A stretch of 42,537 nucleotides of DNA from Candidatus Rokuibacteriota bacterium (lineage in GTDB: Bacteria > Methylomirabilota > Methylomirabilia > Rokubacteriales > DASRDR01), in the NCBI GenBank assembly GCA_044866005.1, contig JBIOTN010000211.1, forward strand, positions 1 through 42,537, written 5' to 3'. Shown here piece after piece: positions 19,287-31,360 of the stretch. The notes beneath the pieces are model-generated. The model saw nothing but the letters and a program-made list of their open reading frames with translations. It did no database searches and was not told where the DNA came from. The position numbers and the translations under genes were made by a program. Positions within the stretch are counted from its first letter, which is position 1. Each line of letters starts with the position of its first letter.

Positions 19287-19852
19287 AACTCCAGGATCTC
19301 CTGCTCCTTCTTCTTCAGGAGCTCGTCGATCCGCTGGGTGAACCGGTCGGTGAGCTTCTGCAGCTCCGACTCGCTCCGCTTCTCGTCGTCCTCGGAGATC
19401 TTCTTGTCCTTGGCGAGGCCGCGCACCTTGTCCTTGGCCTCCCGCCGGATGTTCCGCACCGCTACGCGCCCTTCCTCGGCGAGCTTGCCGACGACCTTGG
19501 CGAGCTGTTTCCGGCGCTCCTCGTTGAGCGGCGGCATGCTCAGGCGGATGAGCTTCCCGTCGTTGGCCGGCGTGAGCCCGAGATCCGACTTCTGGATGGC
19601 CTTCTCGATCTTCGGCAGGAGGCTCGCGTCCCAGGGCTGGATGAGGAGGGTCCGGGGATCCGGCACGGAAACCGTCGCGACCTGCGCCACCGGCGTCAGC
19701 GTGTTGTAGTACTCCACGCGGATGCCCTCGAGGAGGGCCGTGGACGCGCGGCCCGTCCGTACGCCCGCGAACTCCCGCGTCAGGGTCTCGATCGCTCCCT
19801 GCATCCGGCTCTCGGCGTCTTTCTGGACAGCCTGGGTCGTGGTCACGGTCAT
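19283..19852 (-). CDS. frr: Ribosome recycling factor
   Basis: VRTGRAS, IQPWD, SDLGLTPANDG, PPLNEERRKQL, RVAVRNIRR. Confidence 0.98.
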   Translation of the reverse strand: MTVTTTQAVQKDAESRMQGAIETLTREFAGVRTGRASTALLEGIRVEYYNTLTPVAQVATVSVPDPRTLLIQPWDASLLPKIEKAIQKSDLGLTPANDGKLIRLSMPPLNEERRKQLAKVVGKLAEEGRVAVRNIRREAKDKVRGLAKDKKISEDDEKRSESELQKLTDRFTQRIDELLKKKEQEILEF

Positions 19853-19856
19853 GGTG

Positions 19857-21374
<1,518 letters not shown>

Positions 21375-22163
21375 CTAGGAGCTGGCGGGCAGGCTCTCCG
21401 CCTCCTGCGGCAGCTCCGCCGCGGGGGATGCCGGCTCCGCCGCCGGCGGCGAGACCGGCTCCTCGGCACTCACCTTGCTCACGACGCCCCGGCCCTCGAT
21501 GACGGCATCGGCGATACGCGAGGTGATCAGGCGGATCGCCCGGATGGCGTCGTCGTTGCCCGGCACCGGATAATCGATCCCGGTCGGGTCGCAGTTCGTG
21601 TCCACGATCGCGATGATCGGGATGGCGAGCTTCTGGGCCTCCGCGACGGCGATCTTCTCCTTGCGCGGGTCGATGATGTACACCGCCGAGGGCAGGCGGT
21701 CCAGCTGCTTGATGCCCACCAGCGCCTTTTCCAGCTTCGCGCGCTCGCGGTCCAGGCCGAGCGCCTCCTTCTTCGTCAGGCGCTCGAACTCGCCCGTCTC
21801 ACGCATCTCGTCGAGCCGCTTCAGGTGATTGATCGACTTCCGGATCGTGGCGAAGTTCGTCAGGGTGCCGCCGAGCCAGCGCTGGTTGACGTAGAACATG
21901 CCGCAGCGCCCGGCTTCGTCGGCGATCGTGTCCTGGGCCTGCTTCTTGGTCCCGACGAACAGGAGCGTCCCGCCGCTCGCGGCGAGGTTCCGGACGAACG
22001 TGTAGGCGTCCCGGAACTTCTTGAGGGTCTTCTGCAGGTCGATGATGTAGATGCCGTTCCGCTCGCCGAAGATGTATTTGGCCATCTTCGGGTTCCATCG
22101 CTTGGTCTGGTGGCCGAAGTGGACCCCGGCCTCCAGGAGCTCCTTCATCGTGATCTGGGACAT
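21375..22163 (-). CDS. rpsB: 30S ribosomal protein S2
   Basis: [51 protein letters not shown]. Confidence 0.99.
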   Translation of the reverse strand: MSQITMKELLEAGVHFGHQTKRWNPKMAKYIFGERNGIYIIDLQKTLKKFRDAYTFVRNLAASGGTLLFVGTKKQAQDTIADEAGRCGMFYVNQRWLGGTLTNFATIRKSINHLKRLDEMRETGEFERLTKKEALGLDRERAKLEKALVGIKQLDRLPSAVYIIDPRKEKIAVAEAQKLAIPIIAIVDTNCDPTGIDYPVPGNDDAIRAIRLITSRIADAVIEGRGVVSKVSAEEPVSPPAAEPASPAAELPQEAESLPASS

Positions 22164-22178
22164 TCCGCCTCCTTGCTC

Positions 22179-22247
22179 GGTTTTCCCCTCCGCGCCCCGG
22201 GCGGCCCGGTCGGCCGGCCCGCCACCGATGCGGGAGCGCGTGCGTGT
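22179..22247 (-). promoter_or_regulatory. Putative S2 autoregulatory leader (t44-like)
   Basis: Minus strand CACGCACGCGCTCC...GGGGCGCG-GAGG-GGAAAACC before the SD, the architecture typical of rpsB leaders. Confidence 0.55.
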
Positions 22248-22287
22248 TGGGGGAGGGAGTTCCCCTCCGATCCCTCCCGGCGTCGGG

Positions 22288-23508
22288 CTAGCTGGTGCCC
22301 GTGTTTATCTTAACGTAGTCCTGCGTGAGATCGCAGGTCCAGATGTGGTCGTGCGCGCTGCCGAGCCCGAGATCCACGGTCACGGCGACTTCGGGCTTCG
22401 CCAGCTCGGCTTTGACCTCACGCCATTGCACGTTATCGCGGGGCTTGCCGTTCGCCGCCACCTGCTCCGCGCCGTACCAGATCCCCACCTTTTCCTCCTG
22501 CACGGCGATCCCGCAGGCGCCGAGCGCCGCCATGATCCGGCCCCAGTTGGGGTCGCGCCCGGCCATCGCGGTCTTGAACAGGTTCGAGTTCGCGATGGCC
22601 CGCGCCGCCACCTCGGCATCCCGGCGCGTCTTGGCGCCGCGCACCTGGACGTCGATCACCAGCGTGGCGCCTTCGCCGTCGCGGACCTGCATGAGCGCGA
22701 GCTTCTGGGTCAGCGCGTCGAGGGCCTGCTGGAAGGTTCGGAGCCGCCGGTCGCCGCGCCCCAGCGGCCGGTTCTCGGCCAGCCCGTTGGCGAGGATGAT
22801 GACCGTGTCGCTTGTGCTCCGGTCGCCGTCCACGCTGATCCGGTTGAACGAGCCGTTGACCGCCCGCCGGATCGCCGCCTGGAGCGCCGCGCGCTCCACC
22901 GCCAGATCGGTGGCCACGAAGCAGAACATCGTGGCCATCATCGGGTGGATCATCCCGGTGCCCTTGGAGATGGCGCCGATGGTGATGGCGCGCCCGCCGA
23001 TCTCGACCCGGCACGCCGCTTCCTTCGGGTGCGTGTCCGTCGTCATGATCCCTTCGGCGGCGTGCCGGCTCCCCTGCGGGGAGAGGGCCTTCACGAGCTT
23101 GGGCAGGGCGGGCCGGATCCGATCCATCGGCAGGTACCGCCCGATCACGCCGGTGGAGGCGACCAGGACGCGCGCCTCCGGGATCCGGAGCTCGCGGCCC
23201 ACGACCTCGGTCATCTCCCGGGCGTCCCGGAGCCCCTGCTCGCCCGTGCAGACGTTCGAGCAGCCGCTCGAGGCGACGATGGCCTGGGCCACGCCGGCCC
23301 GCACGCGCTCGCGCGTGACCTTGACCGGCGCCCCCTGAATCCGGTTCGTCGTGAAGACGCCGGCGACCGTCGCGGAGGCGGAGGAGTAGACGAGGGCGAG
23401 GTCGCGGGCCGGTGTGGGCTTGATCCCGCAGTGGAGCCCGGCCGCGAACAGCCCGGGGACGGCGGTGATGCCGCCCTCCAGCCACTCCATCTCGCCCGCG
23501 CCGCTCAC
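22288..23508 (-). CDS. argJ: Bifunctional glutamate N-acetyltransferase/amino-acid acetyltransferase
   Basis: [50 protein letters not shown]; start either 23508 (GTG overlapping argC stop) or 23490. Confidence 0.95.
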   Translation of the reverse strand: MSGAGEMEWLEGGITAVPGLFAAGLHCGIKPTPARDLALVYSSASATVAGVFTTNRIQGAPVKVTRERVRAGVAQAIVASSGCSNVCTGEQGLRDAREMTEVVGRELRIPEARVLVASTGVIGRYLPMDRIRPALPKLVKALSPQGSRHAAEGIMTTDTHPKEAACRVEIGGRAITIGAISKGTGMIHPMMATMFCFVATDLAVERAALQAAIRRAVNGSFNRISVDGDRSTSDTVIILANGLAENRPLGRGDRRLRTFQQALDALTQKLALMQVRDGEGATLVIDVQVRGAKTRRDAEVAARAIANSNLFKTAMAGRDPNWGRIMAALGACGIAVQEEKVGIWYGAEQVAANGKPRDNVQWREVKAELAKPEVAVTVDLGLGSAHDHIWTCDLTQDYVKINTGTS

Positions 23509-24557
23509 GGATAGACCGGCGGGGCCTCGAGCCCCGTCCGCTCGTCCCAGCCGTACATGATGTTGAGGTTCTGGATCGCCTGGGCCGCGCCGCCCTTGCC
23601 GAGGTTGTCGAGCGCCGACAGGCAGATGGCCCAGCCCGTGCGGGCGTCCACGACGACGGCGACGTCACAGCAGTTCGAGCCCAGGACGGCCCGGGTCCTC
23701 GGCAGCTCGCCCTCGTCGAGCACGCGCACGAACGGCTCGCGCTCGTACGCCTCGCGATAGAGGGCCAGGCAGTCGGCGGTGGACGCCGCGCGCGCGAGCG
23801 GCACGTACGCGGTCGTGAAGATGCCCCGGTTCATCGGGACGAGGTGCGGGGTGAAGGTGACGCGGACCGGCGCGCCGACGACGCCGCCGAGCGCCTGCTC
23901 GATCTCGGGCGTGTGGCGGTGCTTGGCGACGCCGTAGGCGAGGACATTCTCGTTCTGCTCGGCGTAGAGGTACATCGGGTCGGGCCGCTGGCTCATCGAG
24001 CCCGCCCCGGTCACGCCGGACTTCGCGTCGATGACCATGCCTTCGTGGCGCCCCAGTCCCGCCTTGAGGAGCGGCAGCACGGCGAGCAGGGCGCCCACCG
24101 GGAAGCAGCCGGGGTTCGCGACCAGATTCGCGCCCGCGATCTCCTTCCGGTAGAGCTCGGGGAGCCCATAGACCGCCTCGGCGAGGCCCGCCGGGTCGGT
24201 GTGGGCGGTCTTGTACCAGAGTTCGAACTCCGCCGCGCTCCGCAGCCGGTAGTCCGAGGAGAGGTCGATCACCCGCCGGCCCCGGCGCCGGAGGACCGAA
24301 ACCACGCGGTGGGTCTCGCCGTAGGGCAGCGCCAGCATCACGCACTCCGCCGCGTCGGCCAGCCGCTCGGCGTCGAGCGCCTCGACGGTGAGCGTGAGCT
24401 GGCCCCTGAGGCTCGGGATCAGCCGCCCGACCGGCTGGCCCGCCGATCGCTCGGAGGCCATCACGGCCTCGAGCCGCACCTTCGGGTGCACGGCCAGGAG
24501 GCGGAGCAGCTCCGCCCCCATGTATCCCGTCGCCCCTGCCACGGCTACCTTCGGCAT
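23505..24557 (-). CDS. argC: N-acetyl-gamma-glutamyl-phosphate reductase
   Basis: GATGYMG, IDLSSDYRL, VYGLPE, ANPGCFP, KSGVTGAG, HRHTPEI, DNLGKG. Confidence 0.96.
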   Translation of the reverse strand: MPKVAVAGATGYMGAELLRLLAVHPKVRLEAVMASERSAGQPVGRLIPSLRGQLTLTVEALDAERLADAAECVMLALPYGETHRVVSVLRRRGRRVIDLSSDYRLRSAAEFELWYKTAHTDPAGLAEAVYGLPELYRKEIAGANLVANPGCFPVGALLAVLPLLKAGLGRHEGMVIDAKSGVTGAGSMSQRPDPMYLYAEQNENVLAYGVAKHRHTPEIEQALGGVVGAPVRVTFTPHLVPMNRGIFTTAYVPLARAASTADCLALYREAYEREPFVRVLDEGELPRTRAVLGSNCCDVAVVVDARTGWAICLSALDNLGKGGAAQAIQNLNIMYGWDERTGLEAPPVYP

Positions 24558-24591
24558 CGGTGCCTCTCGCCTCTCGTCGTCGGGGGCCAGG

Positions 24592-24625
24592 AAAAAAACG
24601 GGGAAGGTCGCGTCGACCTTCCCCC
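24592..24625 (-). terminator. Intrinsic terminator after rpsI
   Basis: GGGGAAGGTCG-ACG-CGACCTTCCCC followed by G and 7 T on minus strand. Confidence 0.85.
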
Positions 24626-24648
24626 GGTGACGTCCGGCTCGATCTCGG

Positions 24649-25044
24649 CTACCGCTTGGAGAACTGGAAGCGCTTGCGCGCGCCCGGCTGTCCGTACTTC
24701 TTCCGCTCCTTCATCCGGGGGTCGCGGGTCAGGAACCCGGCCCGCTTGAGCTGGGGCCTGAGCTTGTCGTTGAAGATGAGGAGGGCTCGCGCGATCCCGT
24801 GCCGCACCGCGCCCGCCTGACCGGACAGCCCGCCGCCCGAGACGTTGGCCTTGACGTCGAGCTGCGTCGCCGTGCCGGTCAGCTCGAGCGGCTGCGCGAC
24901 CAGGAGGCGAAGGCTCTCGCGCGGGAAGTAATCCTCGAAGGGGCGCCGGTTCACCGTGATCTGCCCATGACCGGGGCGGAGGAAGACGCGCGCGACCGAG
25001 GTCTTCCGTCGGCCGGTGCCGTAGAACTGCTGAAGCTCCGCCAT
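24649..25044 (-). CDS. rpsI: 30S ribosomal protein S9
   Basis: [45 protein letters not shown]...FSKR. Confidence 0.99.
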   Translation of the reverse strand: MAELQQFYGTGRRKTSVARVFLRPGHGQITVNRRPFEDYFPRESLRLLVAQPLELTGTATQLDVKANVSGGGLSGQAGAVRHGIARALLIFNDKLRPQLKRAGFLTRDPRMKERKKYGQPGARKRFQFSKR

Positions 25045-25550
25045 CACGACTCCTTCGGACGGCTCTGCGACCGCGGCGCGGGGCCCGCGGCCGGCGCGGC
25101 CGAGGCCCGGCCCGGCGCGGCCGCGAGGTCGAGCGGCTCCGGCCGCTGCGAGGCGTGCGGGTGGTCGCTGCCCCGGTACACCTTGAGCTTTTTCGCCATC
25201 GCCCGGCCGAGCTTCGTCTTCGGCAGCATGCCGGTCACCGCCCACTCGATCACCCGCTCGGGGTGGGTCCGGAGCATCGTCTCGGCGCGCACCTCGCGCA
25301 GGCCGCCGATGTACCCGGAGTGCCAGCGGTAGACCTTGTCGGCGAGCTTCTGGCCGGTGAGCTCGACCTTGTCGGCGTTGATCACGACGACGTGGTCCCC
25401 GACGTCGAGGTGCCGCGCGTAGGTCGGCTTGTGCTTGCCGATGAGGAGCCCCGCAACGCGAGCGGCCAGCCGGCCGAGCACCTTGCCCCGGGCATCGACC
25501 AGGTACCACTTCCGCGTGATGCTCTCTTTCGTCGGCATGGGCGTGGGCAT
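25044..25550 (-). CDS. rplM: 50S ribosomal protein L13
   Basis: [45 protein letters not shown]. Confidence 0.98.
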   Translation of the reverse strand: MPTPMPTKESITRKWYLVDARGKVLGRLAARVAGLLIGKHKPTYARHLDVGDHVVVINADKVELTGQKLADKVYRWHSGYIGGLREVRAETMLRTHPERVIEWAVTGMLPKTKLGRAMAKKLKVYRGSDHPHASQRPEPLDLAAAPGRASAAPAAGPAPRSQSRPKES

Positions 25551-25633
25551 GTCGTGTCGTCTCCGTGAACGAATTCCCCGCAGCCGAGTGCGCGCCACGG
25601 GGCCGCCAGCCGGCGGAATCCAGGCAACACGCT

Positions 25634-25662
25634 ACCTTAACGGAGGGAGCGGCGGCTGTCAA
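25634..25662 (-). promoter_or_regulatory. Sigma70 promoter for rplM-rpsI, embedded in nth 3' end
   Basis: Consensus TTGACA-17 nt-TAAGGT; the nth stop codon TAA forms part of the -10. Confidence 0.8.
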
Positions 25663-26404
25663 CCCGCCCGGGCCGCGCCGCGGCGCTGGCCGCCGTCTTC
25701 CCGGGCCAGGGGCAGAGCGTCACGACCGGACAGACCGGGCAGGCCGGGCCGCGGGCGAGGCAGACCTCCCGGCCGTGGGCCTGGAGGAGGTGGCAAAAGC
25801 GGGTCCACTGGGGTCGCGGGACCACGTGCATGAGCTGCGCCTCGACCTGGTCGGGGATGTCCGACTTCGCCAGCCCGAGGCGCTGCGACACCCGGAAGAC
25901 GTGCGTGTCCACCGCGATACCCGGCGTGTCGTAGACGTTCCCGAGCACGACGTTGGCGGTCTTGCGCCCGACGCCCGGCAGGGCGGTCAACTCCGGGAGC
26001 GTCCGCGGCACTTCGCCCCGGTGGCGCTCGAGCAGGGCTCGGGCCATCGCGAGGATCGCACGCGTCTTGGCGCGGAAGAACCCGGTGGAGCGGATCTCCC
26101 CTTCGAACATGGCGGGATCGGCGCCCGCGTAGTCGCGGGCGGTCCGGTACCTCTGGAAGAGGCTGGCGGTCACCTGGTTCACTCGCTCGTCGGTGCACTG
26201 AGCGGCGAGGATGGTCGCCACCAGCAGCTGGAGCGGGGTCTCGAACCGGAGCGCGATCCGCGCGTCCGGGTAGGCGCGCTCGAGCAGCCGGATGATCTTC
26301 CGCGCCCGGGCACGCCTGGCAGCCGTGGTCTCCGGCCCGGCGATCGGACCCGACGACGCCGCGGCGCGCCGCCCCGCCGGCCGGTTCCTGGCCGCGCGTC
26401 TCAC
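25637..26404 (-). CDS. nth: Endonuclease III
   Basis: [53 protein letters not shown]e-S motif. Confidence 0.97.
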   Translation of the reverse strand: MRRAARNRPAGRRAAASSGPIAGPETTAARRARARKIIRLLERAYPDARIALRFETPLQLLVATILAAQCTDERVNQVTASLFQRYRTARDYAGADPAMFEGEIRSTGFFRAKTRAILAMARALLERHRGEVPRTLPELTALPGVGRKTANVVLGNVYDTPGIAVDTHVFRVSQRLGLAKSDIPDQVEAQLMHVVPRPQWTRFCHLLQAHGREVCLARGPACPVCPVVTLCPWPGKTAASAAARPGRVDSRRSLR

Positions 26405-27123
26405 CGGCGCGGCAGCGTCTCGTAGACGCGCACGACCACGACCGTGAGGTAGGCGAAGAAGGCCCCGCCGAGGAGCATCGAGGCGAGCGGCCCGATGAAG
26501 GGGACGATGCCCAGGATCTTCGAGACGATGGCCACGACGACCATCGCGACGACGGCTCCGATCACCAGACCAATGACGGGCCCGACGTTGTCCTTGACCA
26601 GGGTGGCGCTGCGGCGGACGGCCTCGACCGCGCCCCGCCCGTCCACGAGCACCGCCGGCAGGGTGAACATGAGGAAGAAGGCCGCGATGATGGCGGGGAA
26701 CACGAAGAACAGGAACGCGACGAAGACGATCAGCGCGACCAGGATCGAGGCGAGCACGACGTCCCCGAGCCGCGCGTTGACCGCGGCCAGCGCCGGGGGC
26801 ATCGACGGCTCACGGCCGGCCAGGGCTTCTCGCGCCATCATGATGACCACGGCCGACGCGACGAGGTTCACGAGCATGCCGAGGATGCCGATGACCCCGA
26901 ACAGGAGCGCTCCACCGACCATCGCCCCGGCGAGCCCGCCGGCGCCGCCGGCGGCCCCGCCGACCGCGAACATCGTCATCGTGCCGCCGAAGACGATGGC
27001 CATCAGGACGAAGACGATGGCCATCGCGATCAGCGGTGGCGCGGCCATCACCGGATAGCGCTTCATCAGGTCCAGCCCGAGCCGGAAATCCCCCACGATG
27101 TCCGAGCCTGCGCCGTTCGTCAT
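26401..27123 (-). CDS. Hypothetical multi-pass membrane protein (240 aa)
   Basis: MTNGAGSDIV...; about six hydrophobic segments; start and stop overlap neighbouring genes. Confidence 0.8.
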   Translation of the reverse strand: MTNGAGSDIVGDFRLGLDLMKRYPVMAAPPLIAMAIVFVLMAIVFGGTMTMFAVGGAAGGAGGLAGAMVGGALLFGVIGILGMLVNLVASAVVIMMAREALAGREPSMPPALAAVNARLGDVVLASILVALIVFVAFLFFVFPAIIAAFFLMFTLPAVLVDGRGAVEAVRRSATLVKDNVGPVIGLVIGAVVAMVVVAIVSKILGIVPFIGPLASMLLGGAFFAYLTVVVVRVYETLPRR

Positions 27124-28334
27124 GACCCCTCCGCTGGTAGGTCGGGACGCGCTCCGCGCGCCCGCAGGAACTCGCCGAGCCGCCGGATCGCCTCCCGCAG
27201 CCGGTCGAGCCCGTTGGCATAGGAAACTCTCAGATGGCCCTCGCCCCCGGGGCCGAAATCGATGCCCGGCGTCACCGCCACGTGCGCGCCCGCGAGCACC
27301 TCGAACGCGAAGTCGTAGGAGCGCTCGCAGAACCGGCGCGCGTTGGCGAGGACGTAGAAGGCGCCCGTCGGCTCGGCCGCGACGCCCAGGCCGACCGCGC
27401 GGAGCCCGTCCACCATCGTGCGTCGCCGCTCGTCGAAGATCCGCCGGAAGCGGACCACCTCCGCCCCCGCTTCCCGGAGGGCGGCGAGGCCGGCCCACTG
27501 GACGAACTCGTTCGACGAGATGAAGAAGTTCTGGTGGAGCTTCTGGAGAGTGCGCACGTACGCCTTCGGGGCGATCAGGTAGCCCAGGCGCCAGCCCGTC
27601 ATCGCGTAAGCCTTGGAGAACCCGTTGAGGACGAAGGCCCGGTCGGTGAACTCGAGGATGGAGTGGTCGCGCCCCTCGTAGGTCAGCCCGTGGTAGATCT
27701 CGTCGGACACCACCCAGGCGCCCTTCGGGGCGCGCTCGGCGACCTCGGCGAGCGCCGCCAGGCGCTCGGCGGCGAGGACCGCCCCGGTCGGGTTGGCCGG
27801 CGAATTGATCAGCAGAGCCTTCGTCCGCGGCGAAAGCCGCGTCGCCACCGCCTCCGGGCGGAGCTGCCAGGCGTCGGATTCCGGGGTGGGCACGTACACC
27901 GGCCGCCCCTCGGCGTAGTGGACGAAGTTCGGGTAACAGGCGTAGTGCGGGTCGGAGAGGATCACCTCGTCGCCCGGCGCGAGCAGGGCGGTGAAGAGCA
28001 GGAGCATGGCCGGCGACGTGCCGGCCGTGACGAGCACCTGGTCCGGCGAGACGGCGACGCCGTACGTCTTGACGTAATGCTCGGCGATGGCCTCGCGGAG
28101 CGGGAGGATCCCCAGGCTGTGCGTGTACCGGGTCCGGCCGTCGCGGATGGCGCGGATCACCGCCTCGCGGATCACGCCCGGCGTCTCGAAGTCGGGCTCG
28201 CCGAACTCCAGGTGGACGACGTCCCGGCCCTGGCCTTCGAGCTCCTGCGCGCGCTCGAAGACCTCGACGGCGAGGAACGGCTTGATCTCGTCCACGCGCC
28301 GGGCGACCTCGGCGAACCCGCTCACCCCGCTCAC
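27120..28334 (-). CDS. PLP-dependent class I/II aminotransferase (aspartate aminotransferase-like)
   Basis: GEPDF, INSPANPTG, SDEIY, NGFSKAYAMTGWRLGY; GTG overlaps malic enzyme stop. Confidence 0.93.
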   Translation of the reverse strand: MSGVSGFAEVARRVDEIKPFLAVEVFERAQELEGQGRDVVHLEFGEPDFETPGVIREAVIRAIRDGRTRYTHSLGILPLREAIAEHYVKTYGVAVSPDQVLVTAGTSPAMLLLFTALLAPGDEVILSDPHYACYPNFVHYAEGRPVYVPTPESDAWQLRPEAVATRLSPRTKALLINSPANPTGAVLAAERLAALAEVAERAPKGAWVVSDEIYHGLTYEGRDHSILEFTDRAFVLNGFSKAYAMTGWRLGYLIAPKAYVRTLQKLHQNFFISSNEFVQWAGLAALREAGAEVVRFRRIFDERRRTMVDGLRAVGLGVAAEPTGAFYVLANARRFCERSYDFAFEVLAGAHVAVTPGIDFGPGGEGHLRVSYANGLDRLREAIRRLGEFLRARGARPDLPAEGS

Positions 28335-29761
28335 GCGCGGGGCTCCGTGCGAGTCCGGCGCCGCGCCACCCCGCTCTTGTGCGCCGCCCGGACGACCTCG
28401 CGCGCCACCGCCGGCGCCACCTTCTTGTTGAAGACGCTCGGGATGACGTACTCCTCGTGCAGCTCGTTCCGGCCGACGATCGAGGCGATGGCCTGGGCGG
28501 CGGCGATCTTCATCTCGTCGGTGACCGTGGTGGCCCGGGCATCCAGCAGGCCGCGGAAGAAGCCGGGGAAGCAGAGGACGTTGTTGATCTGGTTCGGGTA
28601 GTCCGACCGTCCGGTCGCCATCACGCGGACGTAGGGCTCGGCCTCCTCCGGCATGATCTCGGGCACGGGGTTCGCCATGGCGAAGACGATCGGATCCCGC
28701 GCCATCCGCTGCACGTCCTTCGCGGTCAGCACGCCGGGCACGGAGACCCCGATGAAGACGTCGGCGCCCTCCAGCGCGTCCGCCAGACTCCCGCGCCGGT
28801 CCGCGGCATTCGTCTCCCCGGCCACCCACGCCTTCACGGGGTCCATGGGCGCGGCGCGGCCCGGCGCGAGGATCCCGTGCTCGTCGACGGCCAGGAGCCG
28901 GCCGACGCCGATCGCCCGGAGGATCTTGATCGTGGCCGTCCCCGCCGCTCCGACCCCGCAGACCACCACCCGGCTGTCGGCGGCATCCTTCCGCACGATG
29001 CGGAGGGCGTTCAGCAGGGCCGCCAGGACGACGACCGCGGTCCCGTGCTGGTCGTCGTGGAAGACCGGGATGTCCAGCTCGCGCCGGAGGCGGTCCTCGA
29101 TCTCGAAGCAGCGGGGCGCCGAGATGTCCTCGAGGTTGACGCCGCCGAACACCGGGGCGATCAGCTTGATCGTTTCCACGATCCGGTCCACGTCCTGCGT
29201 CGCCAGGCAGATGGGGAACGCGTCGATGTCGGCGAACTCCTTGAAGAGGAGGGCCTTCCCTTCCATCACCGGCAGCGCCGCCTCCGGGCCGATGTCCCCC
29301 AGCCCGAGGACCGCGGTCCCGTCGGTCACCACGGCGACCAGGTTGTGCTTGATGGTCAGGGTGAACGCCTTGTCGCGGTCCTCCTTGATGGCGAGGCACA
29401 CCCGGGCCACGCCCGGCGTGTACACCATCGACAGGTCGTCGCGCGTCTTGACGGGCACCCTGTTGTGGACGCGGATCTTGCCGCCGAGGTGCATGAGGAA
29501 GGTGCGGTCGGAGACGTTGGCGACCCGGGCCCCGTCTACCCGACGGATGGCGGCCACGACCTCCTGGCCGTGCCGCTCGTCCCGCGCGTTGATCGTGAAG
29601 TCACGGACGATGAGGTCTCTGACCAGCTCGACGATGTCCACGGCCCCGATGTCCCCGCCCGCCTCCCCGATCGCCGAGGTGACCTTCCCGAGCATGCCCG
29701 GGCGGTTCTTGATCTCGACGCGGACCGTCAGGCTGTAGGACGCGCTGGGCGTGATCGCCAC
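28331..29761 (-). CDS. NAD(P)-dependent malic enzyme with N-terminal ACT domain
   Basis: NRPGMLGKV (ACT), YTPGVA, VVTDGTAVLGLGDIGP, MEGKALLFK, NLEDISAP, VFHDDQHGTA, ATGRSDYPNQINNVL. Confidence 0.95.
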   Translation of the reverse strand: MAITPSASYSLTVRVEIKNRPGMLGKVTSAIGEAGGDIGAVDIVELVRDLIVRDFTINARDERHGQEVVAAIRRVDGARVANVSDRTFLMHLGGKIRVHNRVPVKTRDDLSMVYTPGVARVCLAIKEDRDKAFTLTIKHNLVAVVTDGTAVLGLGDIGPEAALPVMEGKALLFKEFADIDAFPICLATQDVDRIVETIKLIAPVFGGVNLEDISAPRCFEIEDRLRRELDIPVFHDDQHGTAVVVLAALLNALRIVRKDAADSRVVVCGVGAAGTATIKILRAIGVGRLLAVDEHGILAPGRAAPMDPVKAWVAGETNAADRRGSLADALEGADVFIGVSVPGVLTAKDVQRMARDPIVFAMANPVPEIMPEEAEPYVRVMATGRSDYPNQINNVLCFPGFFRGLLDARATTVTDEMKIAAAQAIASIVGRNELHEEYVIPSVFNKKVAPAVAREVVRAAHKSGVARRRTRTEPRA

Positions 29762-29768
29762 GGGTCCC

Positions 29769-30263
29769 TCAGGCGGGCGTGGTGAGCCGCCGCGCCACGG
29801 TCGCCGGGAGGTCCGGGTACCAGGCCCGCACGGCCCGCAGCGTCTTCTCGTAGTCGTCGACGACCGTCACGCCCACGTCGGACGCGAACCCCGAGCTGAA
29901 CTGGAGCGTCCCGATGTAGACCGCCGGTTCGGGGCCGACGTCGAACGCGAGGCGGAGGGGCCAGCTCCAGAAGTCGGGCACCCGCCGGTCCCGGCCGGCC
30001 CAGACGCTCACGATCCGATAGCGGCCGGGCGGCAGCGCGATGGCGAAGTCGCGCGGCGTCAGGCCGACCGTCACCGTGTCGTAGAGACTCCCGTCGTCGG
30101 CCACCACCTGGATGGCCGCCTCGGTCGCGTCCAGGCGCGAGATGTCGAGGCGTCCGATCACGACCCGGTGCCCCGGCGGCGCGTCGAGCCGCGGCCCGGC
30201 CAGGCAGCCCGCGAGGAGCAGGAGCGCCGCCAGCGAGACCGCCCGGGACGCGGCGGACCTCAC
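29769..30263 (-). CDS. Hypothetical lipoprotein (164 aa)
   Basis: GTG overlapping upstream stop; signal peptide with lipobox LLLLAGC; LPPGRY and AVYIGTL beta-rich motifs. Confidence 0.75.
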   Translation of the reverse strand: MRSAASRAVSLAALLLLAGCLAGPRLDAPPGHRVVIGRLDISRLDATEAAIQVVADDGSLYDTVTVGLTPRDFAIALPPGRYRIVSVWAGRDRRVPDFWSWPLRLAFDVGPEPAVYIGTLQFSSGFASDVGVTVVDDYEKTLRAVRAWYPDLPATVARRLTTPA

Positions 30264-31324
30264 GCGCTCGGCCTCTTCCAGACGTCGCGATCCTGGAGCA
30301 GCTTGATCTGCCGCCGGATCACCTTCCGGTACTCGGCGTGCTTCATCGGCGCGCGCTTGAGGTAGAGGTTCTTCGGGTAGATGGGCCTCTCGTAGAGGAG
30401 CTGGTAGAGCTCGGCCCGCACGTCCTTCAGCCAGTTGTCCCACTGGGCGGAGGCGCGGTGGTGGCGCAGCGCTTCGATGTCGACCGGCCCCGCCACGTAC
30501 GTCGAGCCGGCGCCGTAGTCCTGGCGCCCGACGATCCGGCCCTTGTAGTCGATGATGAAGGAGCGCCCCCCGAAGGTGTCGATCGGCGTCGTCTCGTCGG
30601 GGAAGAGGTAGTACGTGCCCATGTTGGGCGCCACGATGTACATGTTGTTGTCGAGCGCCCGGGCACGGCTCTGGATCTCGAAGTACTCGTTGCCCGTGGC
30701 CGGGTGCGGATAGGACGCGCGGTAGACCACCTCCGCGCCGTTCAGGGCGAGCGCGCGCGCGTTCTCGGGGTAAGAGCCCTCGTTCGCCATCATGATGCCG
30801 AGCCGTCCGATCTCGGTGTCGGCGACGGGCCAGAAGGCGTCGAGCGTGCGCCCGTACTTCGCCACCCACCAGTCGTAGACGTCGTGCGGGCAGACCGAGT
30901 GCTCCACGGGGAAGAGCGGCGAGACCTTGTAGTGCTGGAGGATGAGCTTGCCGCGCGGGTTCAGGATGAAGCCGACGTTGAAGAACCGGTCCTTGAGGTC
31001 CGGATGCCGCGCCTTGGCCTGGGCCATGACGAAGACGTTGTACTCCCGGGCGATCTGGCCGAGCGCCTCGGTCTCCTCGCCCGGGATGTCGATGGCGCAC
31101 TCGCGCGCGAACTTGACGTGGTCGAGGTCGAGGACCTCGTCGTTGAAGGCCTGGAGCGCGCCCTCCGGGAAGGCGATCAGGCGGACGGGGATGGAGAGGC
31201 TGGAGAGCCAGGCCGCGGCCTTCACCAGGTGCGTGAGGTGCTCCAGATTGATCTTGATGTCGCTCCGGCGGCGGATCCCGCGCACCGTCGGGACCAGCCC
31301 CACGGCCATGTACGGCTTGATCAT
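30260..31324 (-). CDS. Nitrilase-superfamily (carbon-nitrogen hydrolase) protein, catalytic Cys position is Ala
   Basis: IAFPEG, FFNVGFI, HYKV, VADTEIGRLGIMMANEGSYPENARALALNGAEVV, RARALDNNMYIV..N, GGRSFIID. Confidence 0.9.
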   Translation of the reverse strand: MIKPYMAVGLVPTVRGIRRRSDIKINLEHLTHLVKAAAWLSSLSIPVRLIAFPEGALQAFNDEVLDLDHVKFARECAIDIPGEETEALGQIAREYNVFVMAQAKARHPDLKDRFFNVGFILNPRGKLILQHYKVSPLFPVEHSVCPHDVYDWWVAKYGRTLDAFWPVADTEIGRLGIMMANEGSYPENARALALNGAEVVYRASYPHPATGNEYFEIQSRARALDNNMYIVAPNMGTYYLFPDETTPIDTFGGRSFIIDYKGRIVGRQDYGAGSTYVAGPVDIEALRHHRASAQWDNWLKDVRAELYQLLYERPIYPKNLYLKRAPMKHAEYRKVIRRQIKLLQDRDVWKRPSA

Positions 31325-31360
31325 CGTCGCTGCCCTCCCTGCCTGCCGTCGGACCGCTGG

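Noticed and set aside
22780..22960. ArgJ motif deviations ([17 protein letters not shown])
   Set aside because: Autoproteolytic Thr of the ATM motif and other motifs are retained; within plausible family variation
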